From Antedon mediterranea (Eukaryota; Animalia; Echinodermata), in assembly GCF_964355755.1 (NCBI RefSeq), contig NC_092671.1, positions 3,844,001 through 3,908,000 of the forward strand: DNA of 64,000 nt. Direction: 5' to 3'. Numbering within the stretch: position 1 is the stretch's first letter; the number at the start of each line of letters is the position of its first letter. Shown here in pieces: positions 52,601 through 64,000 of the stretch. Made by a program: the position numbers and the translations under genes. A model generated the notes under the pieces. The model did not search any database. It was not told the DNA's origin and saw nothing but the letters and a program-made list of their open reading frames with translations.

Positions 52601-55600
52601 AGATAGGATATAGTTTTAAGCTGTGGTTTATGCCAATAGGCTTATTTAGCTTACCTGCGTTACATTTTGTCCAAACAAAGAAACAATTCATTTCAAGTCT
52701 GGCTTAGGTTGTTTTCTCGTTTGTGGTTTACCAACGCTTTTATTCATTCATCTTTCGAAAGTTCAAGATTTTATTTTTGTCTGTTTAGAGTGCTGCCTTT
52801 TCAATTGGTTTAGGCCTTGACATAACAACCTCTTGTTAAAGGTAAGTTTGTTTTATTCATGCAATGGAACAATTTCATTTGGGGAAAAATTTTCTATTTT
52901 TACGCCATGAAATTATTTGTACCATTGCACTCAAACATTCACTATTTGTATACTGTACACAGCGAGCAAAGCATGAAATTCAGTACCAATTAAATATCAT
53001 TTCATTAATATTTATTATTAATATTTATATTTTATTACCTGAAGTACTTTTGCGATCAGTTGATTGATTGCTTGTATACCATTTCTCAAATGGTACATCA
53101 GATCCAATGTATGGAACACCAAATCAACTCCAGTGTCACTGAAATAAAATATACTATTTTAAACATATATACCCATTTTCTGACTGCCAATTAAACAGTA
53201 CAACTCAAATGACCATCAATTACACACGACCTCGGCTTTACGTACCTCCAATCAGATTGTTTTGGCCTTTGACCTTTTGTCACTTTGTTATGATGTAGTT
53301 GAAATTCTAATATCCCAGATATTACTTGTAGATCAAGACTCTGTGCAACATGTTTTCGGGCAAATTCATCTGTACACAAAGGTGGGATTCAGTTAAAGAA
53401 AACAAAAATATAAGATATAAATAATATTACAACATTTTAAATGCATGTACATTGCATTATACCATGTCAGATTGGAACTGGATATGTATGTAACATGGTT
53501 ACATTTATGTTGCATTTGTGCTATACGTGTGAATTGGCCAATAGGATAAAATTTAGACAAACAAATCGTAAAACTTACTATATTATTTTTATTTTACATA
53601 GTGTTAAATTTTAGTAATGTACAACAAGTCATTTGCTAATTGTTTAAAAGAAATTTTGTATTTGTTCTTTCTTTTAAAGGATATTTCTCAGGAAGTCAAC
53701 CACCTTCTTCATCTTTAGGCAATGAAGGTTTAGTGTAGGGCTGTCAGCGACCGCCTGACATGTCAACAACTCAGTTGCTATCGGCAAAGTGACATCAAAT
53801 CTGAGGGAGACCTCAACAGTTGAACCACTATCAATCATCTCCTGGTTTGAGGAAAATAGAGAAATTATTATATAAAAAGAAGTACAGTAGAATCTACGTA
53901 CATTTTAAGTACGATACGGGGATCAAAAGATGGATTCGTAAAGTTGACCCCCAAATATGTGGATCACAGCTAAATGCTACTTTATTTTTTTGCATGCAGC
54001 TGTCACTAGCCAGGCCAACAGGCTAGACTCAGGGATAGACTAATCTAGGTCAAGCTAGGCCTCACATCTAGCTAGGCCTACGTATGTAGGTTGTGCGATG
54101 TTTAAATAAAATGTTATAAATAAAAAATCAATGTTCTTGTAATTGTATTTCCTATCAATGTGTGACTGACCATGACATTTACATGATTGACCATGACATT
54201 TACATGATTGACCATGACATTTACATGATTGACCATGACATTTACATGATTGACCATGACACTTACATTAATGACCATGTTATTTGCAAGATTGACCATG
54301 CCATTTGTGTGATTGGCCATCACATTATTTTACGTAAACCTACCTCATTCATTTCTCTTAAGACATCAACAGCTTTCAGTGAAACCTGACTGTTAGTTGA
54401 TATCGGTTGGCATGCCCACTGTACTAATTTAAAGAAAGGCTGTTCAGGTGCATTCTTTAGAGTGCATCCCTGATTCTGTACAATTTGATTGAACATTAAA
54501 ATTTTGCACACATGATTCCGCAAATAAGGAAGCCCACAGAACACTAACACAAGTTCTAGAACCTGAAATAAAAACATGTTTGTATAACTGTAACTTTATA
54601 ACCGTTTGTTTCACGGGAACGTGTCCCCTCAAGAGGGGTGTCTTATGAATAGAGATGTCCTAAGGCTTCCAATAGGACGCAATGCAAAGAAATAAGAGTC
54701 AACGTAAGTGAAAAGACTAATGACAAGCGACAGTTCTCATAATCTATCGCTTTTAATTGGTCAATTCGCTTGCATTGCAACTTTACATCATTATTGCAAG
54801 CTAGTGGGAACCAAGCTTTGAAGGAGAGGTTTTACTGTATTGTATTTTATAGTAAGCAACATATTAAGCAACAGTGTTATCTCAATACTAAAAGGTGTGT
54901 GGTTTAATTGTCCTTACCTTCTCTGTGATTTGTGAATCTGTGCAGTTTAGAAGCATCAAAGTTTCACCTAAACACTTGCCAAATTTATCATAACTGAAAT
55001 TTAAAAGGAAAGAAAAAGTGAAAAGATGGTTTAGACTTTGTTTATGCTTTATGACAAGAACTGTACACACACACTAAATTCTGAGGACAATCAAACATAT
55101 TATTAGCTAAGATTTTTAAATGTCCTGCTCCTGTTAACACTTTGTTGGACATGTTAAATACAGTATATCTACCAACCAGTGGCATAATGGCTATGAGCGA
55201 TCACTGAAACCCAGGGCCCCAGGACTTACCCCCTTCTACCTGAGCAGGGCCCAAAGGAAAAAACCGGCATTAAAGGACAACTTGACAGAGGACCAAATTT
55301 TAACAACATATTAGGGATGTACATGATTTCAGAACAATCGTGAGATTAAGGACATCGCCGCACGTGCTCGCGGTACAGCCGTCAATTGCTGTGACGTCAA
55401 TGGTGCATCGCAAAATCTACATAATGAGTTTTCACTGTTGTTAACATACAAGAGATAGGTACTGTCACTTCAATTGCTAATTTGACCTGTATTCGGCTTA
55501 AATTTGCCAAAATGTTTAGTCTGGTATTTTGAAGAAACACTTCAATATCCAGATAGACAAAAGAAACAAGAAAAAATTCAGGTCAAGTTGTCCTTTAAAA

Positions 55601-58600
55601 TATGTCGAAAACATGTTAAAATTGCCCAAGGCCTCCAGTGTTGGGCCACTTAGGGTGTCCCTAACCAGGTACACCACTTTACATTCTTCTAATTCAACTT
55701 TGACATGGCTAATGCTACTCACGTAATAAGCTCTTGCTGTATATTTTCATCTTTTAAAACGTCTACAAACATGTCAACAACATATCTTTTAGTTGCAAGA
55801 TCACCATGTATTAGCACGTTAAAGACAAGCCGAAATGTTTCCTTATTATTTCCTTTACTAAACAACTGTTTTGATTTTAAAAAATTATAACATGTTAAAA
55901 TAATATGTTGAATTTAAAATGATCAATTAACGTGATCATGTTAATTACCCTTTCATGATCATTGGTAAAAGTACAATTTAACATCCAAGTTCAAAATTAA
56001 GCCACCCTCTTTGGTCTGCAAAAATAATCTCTAAAAGTAGCCCATCTCGAAATTAAGCCCAACAGGATTATTTTTGAGATACTATTTGAATATCAAAGCA
56101 ACAAGGTGATTTAATGCCACATTACTTGATTCATTTATTTAGTTTATCCTACATTCATGTTACAGTTTAATCTGGTATTTTGATTGCAAATATGTAAAAT
56201 TGGCAGGTAATGTCTCAAAAATCTATTATTCACAAAATGTACAGCAATAATCTCAAAAGAAGCCCTTCTTGAACAGGCCAGGCCCACCAAAGACTACAGT
56301 ACTAAACAATTGAGTATATTCTTACTTACTTAAGTTCCACTTAATTAAAAACAGTTAAAATTAATTCACTATATCAATGCACTATGTACTGTATTATATT
56401 CAATAAAACATAATTGTGGTTAACCTCTGACCTTTTCTCCGATGAATTTATAAAAGACAGGAGTGGCAAGTATAGAAAGTGTCAATGCAACAATGGTAAG
56501 ATTTGGATGCCCAATATAATTCAACAATGTCTTTGCAATGACCATTAACTTATTCTGTAACAAAAAGTAAAAAACATGTTGAAATTATTTTCATTGCACA
56601 GTTATTAAACTAGATTTTTTAATGTTTGTTTGTTTCAATGTAGAAGTTTATTAGGCAGTCACTACAAGTAAAAACAGTGTGTATGATCAAGGAAATCTAA
56701 CAACAGGATGCTTAGCTTGAATAGCTAAAGCTCTTTCTTCACTATCAAACTTCATGTGACAAAAAAATGTGATGTGCTCATATATGGACATGATCTCATA
56801 ACACTACCATATTTAACCATCTCACTACCATATTTGGGCACATCACACTTTTTTTGTCAAACTAGTTTGATAGTGAGACAGAGTTTAACTCTTACCATGA
56901 CCTTAAGATGGGTTTGAATTGCAATCGAATTTCTACATAAATTAGCAATTAAGCTTAGACATGGCAACGTCATCTTACTTTCTTCTTCTTGGCTAAAAAA
57001 AAAATATTTTAAAATACAAATTAGAGAAAGTATACCATTATCATTCAAAAAATGTGTGGTTGACCTTGTATCTAGATTTAATTTAGACAAACACAATCAT
57101 TGTTATTCAGGAATAATCTTTATTTTTTATTTAGTTCACTAAAGTGTTGAACCTCTACTTATAATGTTCCATTCAAAGAGACACAAGGTTATTCAGAGGA
57201 CACTTTCCCATTTCCAGCATTAAACCTACTTTCACATCACGCGCAGATTCGGTCTGGCGGCATGAGGAAAATATTTAGCGTTGAGCATGCTTTCACATAG
57301 AGCACAAATTTGATTAGCAGTTGTCAGGAGAGGTCATTCATCTCACTGTTGCCAAAAGAAAAAAATCGTATGATTTCAGTAAAAAAATGGCTTCATGATC
57401 CATTGCACCAAAATGAGTCTGAATTACTGAAGTACTGTACTGAATCGTACAAATTTGGTGTGAGCTGAACCCATTTTCCAGGATATTTTCTTTCAGGGCA
57501 CCGAACCAAATCCGGGCAGCTTAAATGTCCGAATTCGGGCAGCTTAAGTGTCCGAATCCGGGCAGCTTAAGTGTCCGAATCCGGGCCGCTTAAGTGTCCA
57601 CTTAATAGAGTTTGTGAAAATTACTACTTACATATTTGTAACTAGGAACTCAACGATATCTACGATAAAACTGTTTGGAAAGTCAATCTTGTATTGGTAT
57701 GTGACTATCTGTAGTGTCTGTACACACTAAAAAAAAAGATGAAAATAAAGAAAAGATGAAATTTTAAAATTATCCTCATGTTTACACACAAACTTAAGGA
57801 AATGCTGTACAGCCTTTCTACTGGCCCAAAGCTATTAGCAGTATGGTGCTTACCAGACCAGCACACCCAGAGACGATCCCATACTATTTTTTAATAGTGT
57901 GTAGTGTACTAACATGCATGGTACTCTATGTACTATACTTTACGTCCCTTTTGAAGGACGAGGCAATGAGTGTGAATACAACATTAATTCTTTTAAATTT
58001 AAAAGACATATTCTATCGTTAATTGTTCAATATAATGTATTTTTTTATATTGTACAGTATCTTAAATTGTAAAGAGTTTAATTTTAGTTAAGTATAACAT
58101 ATGTTTATATTTTATCATTTTAAAGAGGTTCATGGATATCAACTGGCATGCAGGTTCAGCTGGAAGGGTTACCCTCTCTAAATAAAGTGAAAATAACAAA
58201 ATAAATAAGCAACTACAGTACTATGCTTTCATAAATTCTCCATAAATATAGTTCATTTTTAGCAAGTCGGGATTTCTGCATATCACTCTCTAAAGGGTCT
58301 ATCTACGTAAAGCACCTAATGATGATGAGCTCGTAACAGACACACACATCGGCTATCTGATCCGTCAATAATGATACTTAAAATACAGCCATCTATTAAA
58401 AAACCAACTCACATTTGAATATATATATATAAACGGTGAATACAACTGCACGTCAACATGAGCCGAGAAAGAAGAAATAACAAAAAAGATAAAGAAAAAG
58501 ATCGAGTTCTACTAGCCCCAGAATCATCAACTCTTGACTCTGAATGCGGGGACCCTGACGGAACCGAAGCAACAGAAGTGGGTATGCTGAGGCGGGAACT

Positions 58601-61600
58601 TCGAACATTTCAAACCATCATCAAGGGTAAGCTAAACTCGATCATTTTAAATCAAGAGGCCTTACTTAAACGAATTGACAAGATCGAACATAAACAAACG
58701 GAACTAGAAAAATCGATCGCATTTACCAGTGATTCAATCGTAGAGATAGAGAAGAAAATCGTATCATTTTGTACGGACATTGAAGCGGTTAAGACATCAA
58801 TGGACGCCGACCGGAACAACGTCACATTACTTCAAAATCAAATCCTTAAACTTGAGAGATACACTAGAAGTTTTAATTTGAGATTCGGTGGAATTAAAGA
58901 AAGTATAGATGAAATTCCTATTGAGAAAATTAATGAAATTATAAAGAACGATCTGAAACTACCGAACATTACAGTCGAAAATGCCCACCGTACAGGCAAA
59001 CCCCGTACTTCACCGACCGGAGCACCTAGACATATTATCGCTAAATTCCTGTTTCGACCGCAACGCTACCAAGTACTGATGCAAGCCAAAACAGGTCATG
59101 TGTTGAAAAATAAGGGGATCTTCGTACTAGAGGACTTACCAGAAACTGACCTTAAAAAGAAACGTAATCTCAGAGAAATAATGGCAAAAGCATACGGAGA
59201 AAGGAAACGACCAGTGTTTAGAAACGGGAACCTCTATATTAACGGAAAACTCCACTCATAAGCCGTTCATACGACTTTTGTTTTTTGTCAACAAAGTCTT
59301 CGTAAAAACTACGATGTATGTAAACAATCAATTACATTTGCATATGAAAGGGTGTCTCCTGTCAAACGTGTTATTGTTCTCACCTACTATTACGCCACAA
59401 TTAAGTAACAATCATTTGCATACAGATGAGAGAATGTCCCATGTCAAACACATATTGCTGCCATACTACCACTGTATGTAAACAAACCAGCTAATCAATT
59501 ACTAAAGTAACCTAATCCAAGACACATTGGGATACAGGTGAGAGGATGTTCCAGTCTATAACGAACATGTGATTGTCTAGTTAATTGTACGTACTATCTA
59601 GAAAATGGCTGAAATAGTACCGGTATGTTTATATTGCTGCTTCTTTTTTTTTTTTTTTTTTTTTATATTTTATATAATACATCTGTATTATAACTATATA
59701 ATGTACCGACGTACTGTGTATTATTATTTATGTTATGTCTTTGAGTTTCTCATTGACGTAAACATGACGGATACACTAGATAGGCCTAGATAGTTATCTT
59801 ATTACTCTACTGTATAAACATCTGTTACAGTATATAGTAATATTTTTTAATTAAACTTATTTATTTTATTTATTTATTTTTTTAAACTATATATATATAT
59901 TTATTTATTTATTTATTTATTTTTTTTTTTTTTATTTTTCTTTTTATTAATGTTACCTTTTTTAAGCAATACTACTGATGATGATGATGAAGATCTCAAT
60001 CCCTATCTTAAGTATAATGAATCTAAATACTACCATGTTGAAGAATTTAGACAAATTTCAAACATATCAGATGATGTTTCTTTTCTGTCACTTAACTGTC
60101 GTAGTATCGTCAACAAGTTTGACCAGTTCTCACAATTTATTGACTCACTTAATTATAAGTTCTCTGTCATTGCCCTTCAAGAGACATGGTTGAGCGATAA
60201 TGATGAAGTTTCATTTTTTAACTTGCCGAACTATGTGCTTGTAAATCGTAATCGTACGGGTAGACGGGGCGGAGGCGTAGCTCTATACATTTCTGACAAT
60301 TTGTGTTACAAACCACGAGATGATTTATCTAAATTAATTACTGAAGCTGAATCCTTATTCATAGATATAATAATTGACGGGAAATATATTTCAGCTGGGG
60401 TCATTTATAGACCACCTGAATCTAAAATCAGTATATTTAATAATCAATTTACAGAAGTTATGAATATAATTACCAAAGAAAAGACGCACTCATACCTAAT
60501 GGGCGACTTTAATCTCGATCTTAACCTATACCATTCAAACTGTAATGTTCAATGTCATGTGGACGCCACTGTTTCCAATTCTTTCTTGCCCCTGATTAAT
60601 AAACCGACTCGTGTAACAGAAAATACATCTTCTATTATTGATAATATATATAGTAATTCTACAAATAATCACAATATCAATACTGGAATTATTTACACAG
60701 ATATATCAGATCATTATCCTATATTTGCAATCACAAAATCTGAGAATCGTAAAAAAAATACAAAACAGTCATTTATTTTAAAACGCACTTATTTCCACCA
60801 GCAAGTCGAATCCTTTAAGGAAGACTTGGCAATTGAAAACTGGCAACCTGTCCTAAGAACAGAAGATGCAAACATTGCATATTCAACATTTGCTCACAAC
60901 TTCAAACATTTAATTGATAAAAACTTTCCTTTGAAAAAAATTAAGGCAAAAGCAAATAAAGATCGATCTCCATGGATCACCGAGGCCATAGCAAAGTCAA
61001 TAACAACTAAGGGCAGGTTGTATAGTTCATACAGAAAAAATCCCACTCCCTCAAATAAACTGAAATATACTAAATACAGAAACAAACTTACAGCACTTAT
61101 TAAGAAACGAAAAGAAGAATACTACTTTACTCAATTTGAAAATAATAAAAGTAATACCAAAAAGACATGGAAAACGATTAACACTATAATGGGAAGGACA
61201 AAAACACGACAACTACCACCAACAATAAATCATGACTTTAAGCAATTTAACACCCCCTCAGAAAAAGCAAATGCGTTTAATACTTATTTCACAAGCATTG
61301 GAGAAACGTTGGCAAAACGAATCTCACAAGAACCACAAATAACAGAATCATCTTCGTATTTAACAGGAAACTATGTTAATTCTATGTTTCTAAGACCTGT
61401 TACTGAGGATGAAATTAAAACTCTCCTCGAAAATTTGGAAACTAATAAAACACCTGGGCACGATGACATTGGAGCACTATATCTAAAACCATACTCAAAC
61501 TATCTTAAACGACCGATTACTCATTTGATCAACATATCACTCGCCACCGGTTGTTTTCCGGACGAACTTAAAATTGCAAAAACAATACCTATCTTCAAGA

Positions 61601-64000
61601 ACGGAGATAAATCAGAAATTAACAATTACCGTCCCATATCTATACTGCCATGTCTTTCGAAGGTTTATGAACGGGTTGTTAGCAATCAAACTATTTCATT
61701 CCTAAATAAGAACAATGTACTTAATAAATCACAATATGGTTTCCGACAACAACATTCTACTATTCACGCATTATTAGATACATTTGAAAAAATTACCTCT
61801 GCAATCGAACAAAAATGCTTTATGATAGGAATATTTTTAGATTTATCAAAAGCGTTCGATTCAATGGATCATCACATTTTATTACAGAAGATGAGACATT
61901 ACGGTATCAGAGGTGTCGTTTTAGATTGGTTTAAGAGTTACTTATCAACTAGAAAACAATTTGTAAACGTAGAAGGTAAAAAATCAGAAACCAAATACAT
62001 TAAGTACGGTGTTCCACAGGGGTCCATTCTTGGACCCTTACTATTCCTGATTTTTATAAATGATATGCCATTTGCCTGTAGAAACACAAACGTTATTATG
62101 TATGCAGATGACACTAATGTGTTCCTGCAACACAATGATATTACAAGAGCATTCGATATTTTAAACTATGAAATGGCATGTCTTTCTAACTGGTTTATTG
62201 CAAATAGATTAACTGTGAACACCAAAAAAACGAATTATATTGTATTTACTAGTAGAAATGTAAAAATTGACACGTCAAATCTAACTTTGCTAATTAATAC
62301 TGATATTATAGAACGAGTAAATCAAACAAAGTTTCTTGGTGTTCATCTAGATGAGAAATTATCATTTGCATATCATATAAATTCAATCGCAAAGAAAGTT
62401 TCAACAGCTATAGGCACCATGAATAAAATAAAATGCGTACTCCCATACGAAATCCTATTAAAAATATACAACTCTCTCATATTACCTAACCTAACATATG
62501 CCATAACACTATGGGGATCTACTAATCAAACTATTTTAAATCGTCTTTATATTTTACAAAAGAAAGCACTTAGAAATGTTTGCAACGTTCCTTTTCATCA
62601 TCCTTCTCTACCACTCTTTGCCCGCACAAAAACATTAAAATTATCTGAGCTGTACCAAAAAAGTGTTGCGATATTCATGTTTAAGTTTCATCATAAGAAG
62701 TTGCCTATTACTTTTGACTCTTTCTTTGCTACAAACAATTCCAAACATAATTATGAGACAAGGGCTAAAGACAATTTAAGCACTGCTTTCAAAAGGACCC
62801 TATTGGGCCAACAAAGTGTCACATACAGAGGCACTAATGTGTGGAACTCACTACCCAATGACATTAAAATGTCAACCAGTATTGGTATGTTCAAACATAA
62901 AATTCATGATATGTTTGTCACCAGTTATCTTTATTTTTAAGCTACTGGTTAATTCATTTTCTCTCGACATTTGATTTGTTATTATCACTGCATTATTTCC
63001 ATTGTTAGTATTTTTATCGTTACAATTAATATGGTACATTATACAGTTTTTATCTATTTATTTATTTAATTATTTATCTATTTCAATTTCAATTTTGTTT
63101 GTTTTGTTTTGTTTTTTTTCTCGTTTTAAGGGGCTTTGCGTCTAAAGCATTAGCTTACAGCTTAACCCCGTTCACAACCTCAATTAATTTTGCATGTACT
63201 TTGTATTATCTGAGATTGTGAATAAAGTTATATATATTAATATAACCAGATGAGATGGTTTGCCATCCAAATTCTGCCAGGCCCAACATTGCTTATGTAA
63301 CTTCAGTCATCCTACAAAGAACCAGTGTTTTAACATGGTATACAGTATATTGTTGCATTCATAGGGCTGAGAAATTTTAGATCGTCTTACCTGTAAAACC
63401 ACCTTATCACTTAGGCCACCTCTGTAATAATGTTTGAGAACTGATACAAGTGAGGCTGTAATATCAAACTCACTTTGAAGTGTCTTGCAGATTTCACTGT
63501 CGGAAACTGTAATATACAATTGGTCAGGATTTACTGGGTGTGTGTCAAACATGTGGTGGAAAAAATCATTACTTTTAGGCATCCAATCTTAAGTGGGCAC
63601 TGGGCTTAAATTAAGCTGGGTATAAAAATGTCTTAAAACAAGTTTTAAAGATGAGTGGTAATACTTTAATTCTTTTATGATGAAAACAAAATGATAATGA
63701 ATATAAAGATTATTTACAGTGCTGTAATTGTTTTCGGGCAGAAATACAATAAACATTTAAACCATTTATAAGCAATATTTACATTCATGATCAACATGAA
63801 ATTTAAGGAAAGAAAAATACAATCAAAATGAGAATAATGGATGAGATGAATGATAAAGAGGACAACATTTGTACAAATTAGTATCACGCTTACCAAGATT
63901 GAATAGCACTGATAATGTCTTTGAAATGAGTTCCATGGGTGAGTTTAGATCATAGAGTAATTCCACCACACATGTTAAGAAGGTTGTGGGAAGTAACTTC
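31639..64000 (-). CDS. CIP2A: CIP2A (cellular inhibitor of PP2A, KIAA1524); 19 coding exons in the window, 5' end beyond 64000
   Basis: Exons 5'->3': 63894-64000 (partial), 63391-63506, 57632-57726, 56896-56992, 56432-56554, 55723-55865, 54918-54993, 54344-54562, 53685-53841, 53246-53381, 53039-53138, 52411-52529, 51965-52160, 51415-51477, 49562-49672, 48109-48254, 47487-47600, 35588-35726, 31639-31782 (TAA). All phases join in frame. Peptides LPCLSLIANLCRNSIAIQTHLK, VLELVLVFC, LQDLLEAKELALTQADRL and ELQKHDEIQNMIHKLTG match vertebrate CIP2A in order. Confidence 0.93.
31880..34230 (-). mobile_element. Non-autonomous Helitron, copy C, carrying a nested MITE and extra internal sequence
   Basis: Reverse-complement termini (CTAGATGGTACGCTCGCTTCGCTCGCGTACCATCTAG at 31880; TATATATAGA ending 34230) and an internal ~119 bp duplication at 31928-32165. 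Confidence 0.8.
32655..33420. mobile_element. PIF/Harbinger-type non-autonomous element nested in Helitron C
   Basis: TIRs GGTCGTGTTTATACAACAC / GTGTTGTATAAACGCGCCC, with a TTA TSD at 32652-32654 and 33421-33423. Confidence 0.75.
34777..34925. mobile_element. ~150 bp MITE (TIR AGCTCTGTCTACA)
   Basis: AGCTCTGTCTACA...TGTAGACAGAGCT flanked by TAA; same family as 49720-50315 and 56729-56885. Confidence 0.75.
36064..38842 (+). mobile_element. tRNA-derived SINE split by a DNA transposon (SINE parts 36064-36195 and 38649-38842)
   Basis: A box TGGCCGAGCGG, B box GGTTCGAGGC and an (AAAC)n tail. An uninterrupted relative lies on the minus strand at about 51045-51310. Confidence 0.8.
36196..38648 (+). 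mobile_element. Decayed Sola2-type DNA transposon
   Basis: TIRs GGGTCATTCCATGTCA.ATCACCCA and a 4 bp TSD ATAA (36192-36195, 38649-38652). Frameshifted transposase remnants DFAENYAFVIQDEIKSFHW..QATLHP, FTDGCAGQYKN and FFATSHGKSECDGIGG. The superfamily call rests on recalled motifs. Confidence 0.75.
40015..40610 (+). mobile_element. Helentron-associated / DINE-1-like non-autonomous element
   Basis: Subterminal inverted repeats ACCTCCGCC (40021) / GGCGGAGGT (40575), a (GT)n microsatellite at 40057-40101, a duplicated core, a 3' stem-loop GTACTCTCGGAGTAC and a CTAGTTT end. Confidence 0.7.
43493..44959 (+). mobile_element. Non-autonomous Helitron, copy D
   Basis: TC start, hairpin plus CTAG|T end, colinear with copy B. 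Confidence 0.8.
48677..49570. repeat. ~150 bp tandem array built from a tRNA-like fragment plus the CIP2A exon end and splice donor
   Basis: CAGTACCTC at 48811, 48961, 49111, 49261, 49407 and 49556. The minus strand has TGGTGTAATGG...TAGCAT...GGTTCGAGTC. Confidence 0.85.
49720..50315. repeat. Four head-to-tail copies of the ~150 bp MITE
   Basis: Units start at 49720, 49869, 50015 and 50161, each bounded by AGCTCTG.../...CAGAGC. Confidence 0.85.
50339..50738. mobile_element. Kolobok-type MITE (TTAA TSD)
   Basis: TTAA|AGGGGTAGTTCA...TGAAGTTCCCCT|TTAA. Confidence 0.7.
51045..51310 (-). mobile_element. tRNA-derived SINE, same family as 36064-38842
   Basis: Reverse-complement match including CTAGGTTCTTT, CCTTATCCGAGAAGAC and GAGCCTCGAACC. 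Confidence 0.75.
51582..51850. mobile_element. Kolobok-type MITE (TTAA TSD)
   Basis: TTAA|AGATATATTGTCCCCC...GGGGGACAATATATCT|TTAA. Confidence 0.75.
53382..53684 (-). other. U12-type (minor spliceosome) AT-AC intron of CIP2A, 303 nt
   Basis: 5' splice site ATATCCTT, branch point TTCTTTAAC about 10 nt before the 3' splice site CAC|. Removing it joins ...VDFLR-T-LCTDEF in frame. Confidence 0.9.
54166..54320. repeat. 21 bp minisatellite (GACCATGACATTTACATGATT)n
   Basis: Four near-perfect and about three degenerate units. Confidence 0.9.
55274..55594. mobile_element. Kolobok-type MITE (TTAA TSD)
   Basis: TTAA|AGGACAACTTGAC...GTCAAGTTGTCCT|TTAA. Confidence 0.75.
56729..56885. mobile_element. 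~150 bp MITE, diverged copy
   Basis: AGCTCTTTCTTCACTATCAAAC...GTTTGATAGTGAGACAGAGT. Confidence 0.7.
57508..57600. repeat. 23 bp tandem repeat (AATCCGGGCAGCTTAAGTGTCCG)x4
   Basis: Directly visible. Confidence 0.85.
58458..59261 (+). CDS. LINE ORF1 (coiled coil + RRM + CTD, transposase_22-like), 267 aa
   Basis: Heptad region followed by LERYTRSFNLRFGGIKE, VENAHRTG, PRHIIAKF and IFVLEDLP...GNLYING. Confidence 0.88.
   Translation: MSRERRNNKKDKEKDRVLLAPESSTLDSECGDPDGTEATEVGMLRRELRTFQTIIKGKLNSIILNQEALLKRIDKIEHKQTELEKSIAFTSDSIVEIEKKIVSFCTDIEAVKTSMDADRNNVTLLQNQILKLERYTRSFNLRFGGIKESIDEIPIEKINEIIKNDLKLPNITVENAHRTGKPRTSPTGAPRHIIAKFLFRPQRYQVLMQAKTGHVLKNKGIFVLEDLPETDLKKKRNLREIMAKAYGERKRPVFRNGNLYINGKLHS
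59950..62940 (+). CDS. LINE ORF2 (AP endonuclease + reverse transcriptase), 996 aa
   Basis: APE motifs LNCRS, LQETWL, GGGVALY, YRPP, GDFN and ISDHYP. RT motifs NYRPISIL, QYGFR, FLDLSKAFD, GVPQGSILGP, YADD and KFLGV. Confidence 0.95.
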   Translation: MLPFLSNTTDDDDEDLNPYLKYNESKYYHVEEFRQISNISDDVSFLSLNCRSIVNKFDQFSQFIDSLNYKFSVIALQETWLSDNDEVSFFNLPNYVLVNRNRTGRRGGGVALYISDNLCYKPRDDLSKLITEAESLFIDIIIDGKYISAGVIYRPPESKISIFNNQFTEVMNIITKEKTHSYLMGDFNLDLNLYHSNCNVQCHVDATVSNSFLPLINKPTRVTENTSSIIDNIYSNSTNNHNINTGIIYTDISDHYPIFAITKSENRKKNTKQSFILKRTYFHQQVESFKEDLAIENWQPVLRTEDANIAYSTFAHNFKHLIDKNFPLKKIKAKANKDRSPWITEAIAKSITTKGRLYSSYRKNPTPSNKLKYTKYRNKLTALIKKRKEEYYFTQFENNKSNTKKTWKTINTIMGRTKTRQLPPTINHDFKQFNTPSEKANAFNTYFTSIGETLAKRISQEPQITESSSYLTGNYVNSMFLRPVTEDEIKTLLENLETNKTPGHDDIGALYLKPYSNYLKRPITHLINISLATGCFPDELKIAKTIPIFKNGDKSEINNYRPISILPCLSKVYERVVSNQTISFLNKNNVLNKSQYGFRQQHSTIHALLDTFEKITSAIEQKCFMIGIFLDLSKAFDSMDHHILLQKMRHYGIRGVVLDWFKSYLSTRKQFVNVEGKKSETKYIKYGVPQGSILGPLLFLIFINDMPFACRNTNVIMYADDTNVFLQHNDITRAFDILNYEMACLSNWFIANRLTVNTKKTNYIVFTSRNVKIDTSNLTLLINTDIIERVNQTKFLGVHLDEKLSFAYHINSIAKKVSTAIGTMNKIKCVLPYEILLKIYNSLILPNLTYAITLWGSTNQTILNRLYILQKKALRNVCNVPFHHPSLPLFARTKTLKLSELYQKSVAIFMFKFHHKKLPITFDSFFATNNSKHNYETRAKDNLSTAFKRTLLGQQSVTYRGTNVWNSLPNDIKMSTSIGMFKHKIHDMFVTSYLYF

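Larger units (their letters stand above)
58320..63240 (+). mobile_element. Apparently full-length CR1/L2-group (Crack-like) LINE in a CIP2A intron, antisense to the host gene
   Basis: Two intact ORFs and a 3' UTR with a stem-loop (~63129-63169) and AATAAA (~63221). The boundaries are approximate and I identified no TSD. Confidence 0.85.

Noticed and set aside
54114-54389. Repetitive ORFs (VNVMVNH)n and (DHDIYMI)n
   Set aside because: These are translations of a 21 bp intronic minisatellite.

Overview
This is AT-rich, intron-containing animal DNA, probably an invertebrate. It is not prokaryotic, and I found no CRISPR, rRNA or intact tRNA genes. The left 25 kb is a mosaic tandem-duplicated locus. 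It holds seven intronless minus-strand paralogs (six open, one disrupted) of an uncharacterised 112-145 aa Cys/His protein with an HNH/betabetaalpha-metal-like signature (KN..T..SWxxxW..CxnC..DGAH[VI]..IIPLCxxCN). These are interleaved antisense with one intact, one pseudogenised and one orphan-exon copy of a RERG/RERGL-type small GTPase, and are followed by a single-coding-exon IFIT-like TPR gene. The right 32 kb carries 19 minus-strand coding exons of CIP2A (5' end outside the window), including a clear U12-type AT-AC intron. The introns hold an apparently intact CR1/L2-group LINE, non-autonomous Helitrons, a decayed Sola2 transposon inside a SINE, a Helentron/DINE-like element, Kolobok- and Harbinger-type MITEs and several tandem arrays. 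The main candidate for a novel system is the rapidly diversifying HNH-like gene cluster beside the IFIT-like gene; three members end in a ubiquitin-like RGG tail. All homology calls are from reading by eye and recalled family sequences, with no searches run.
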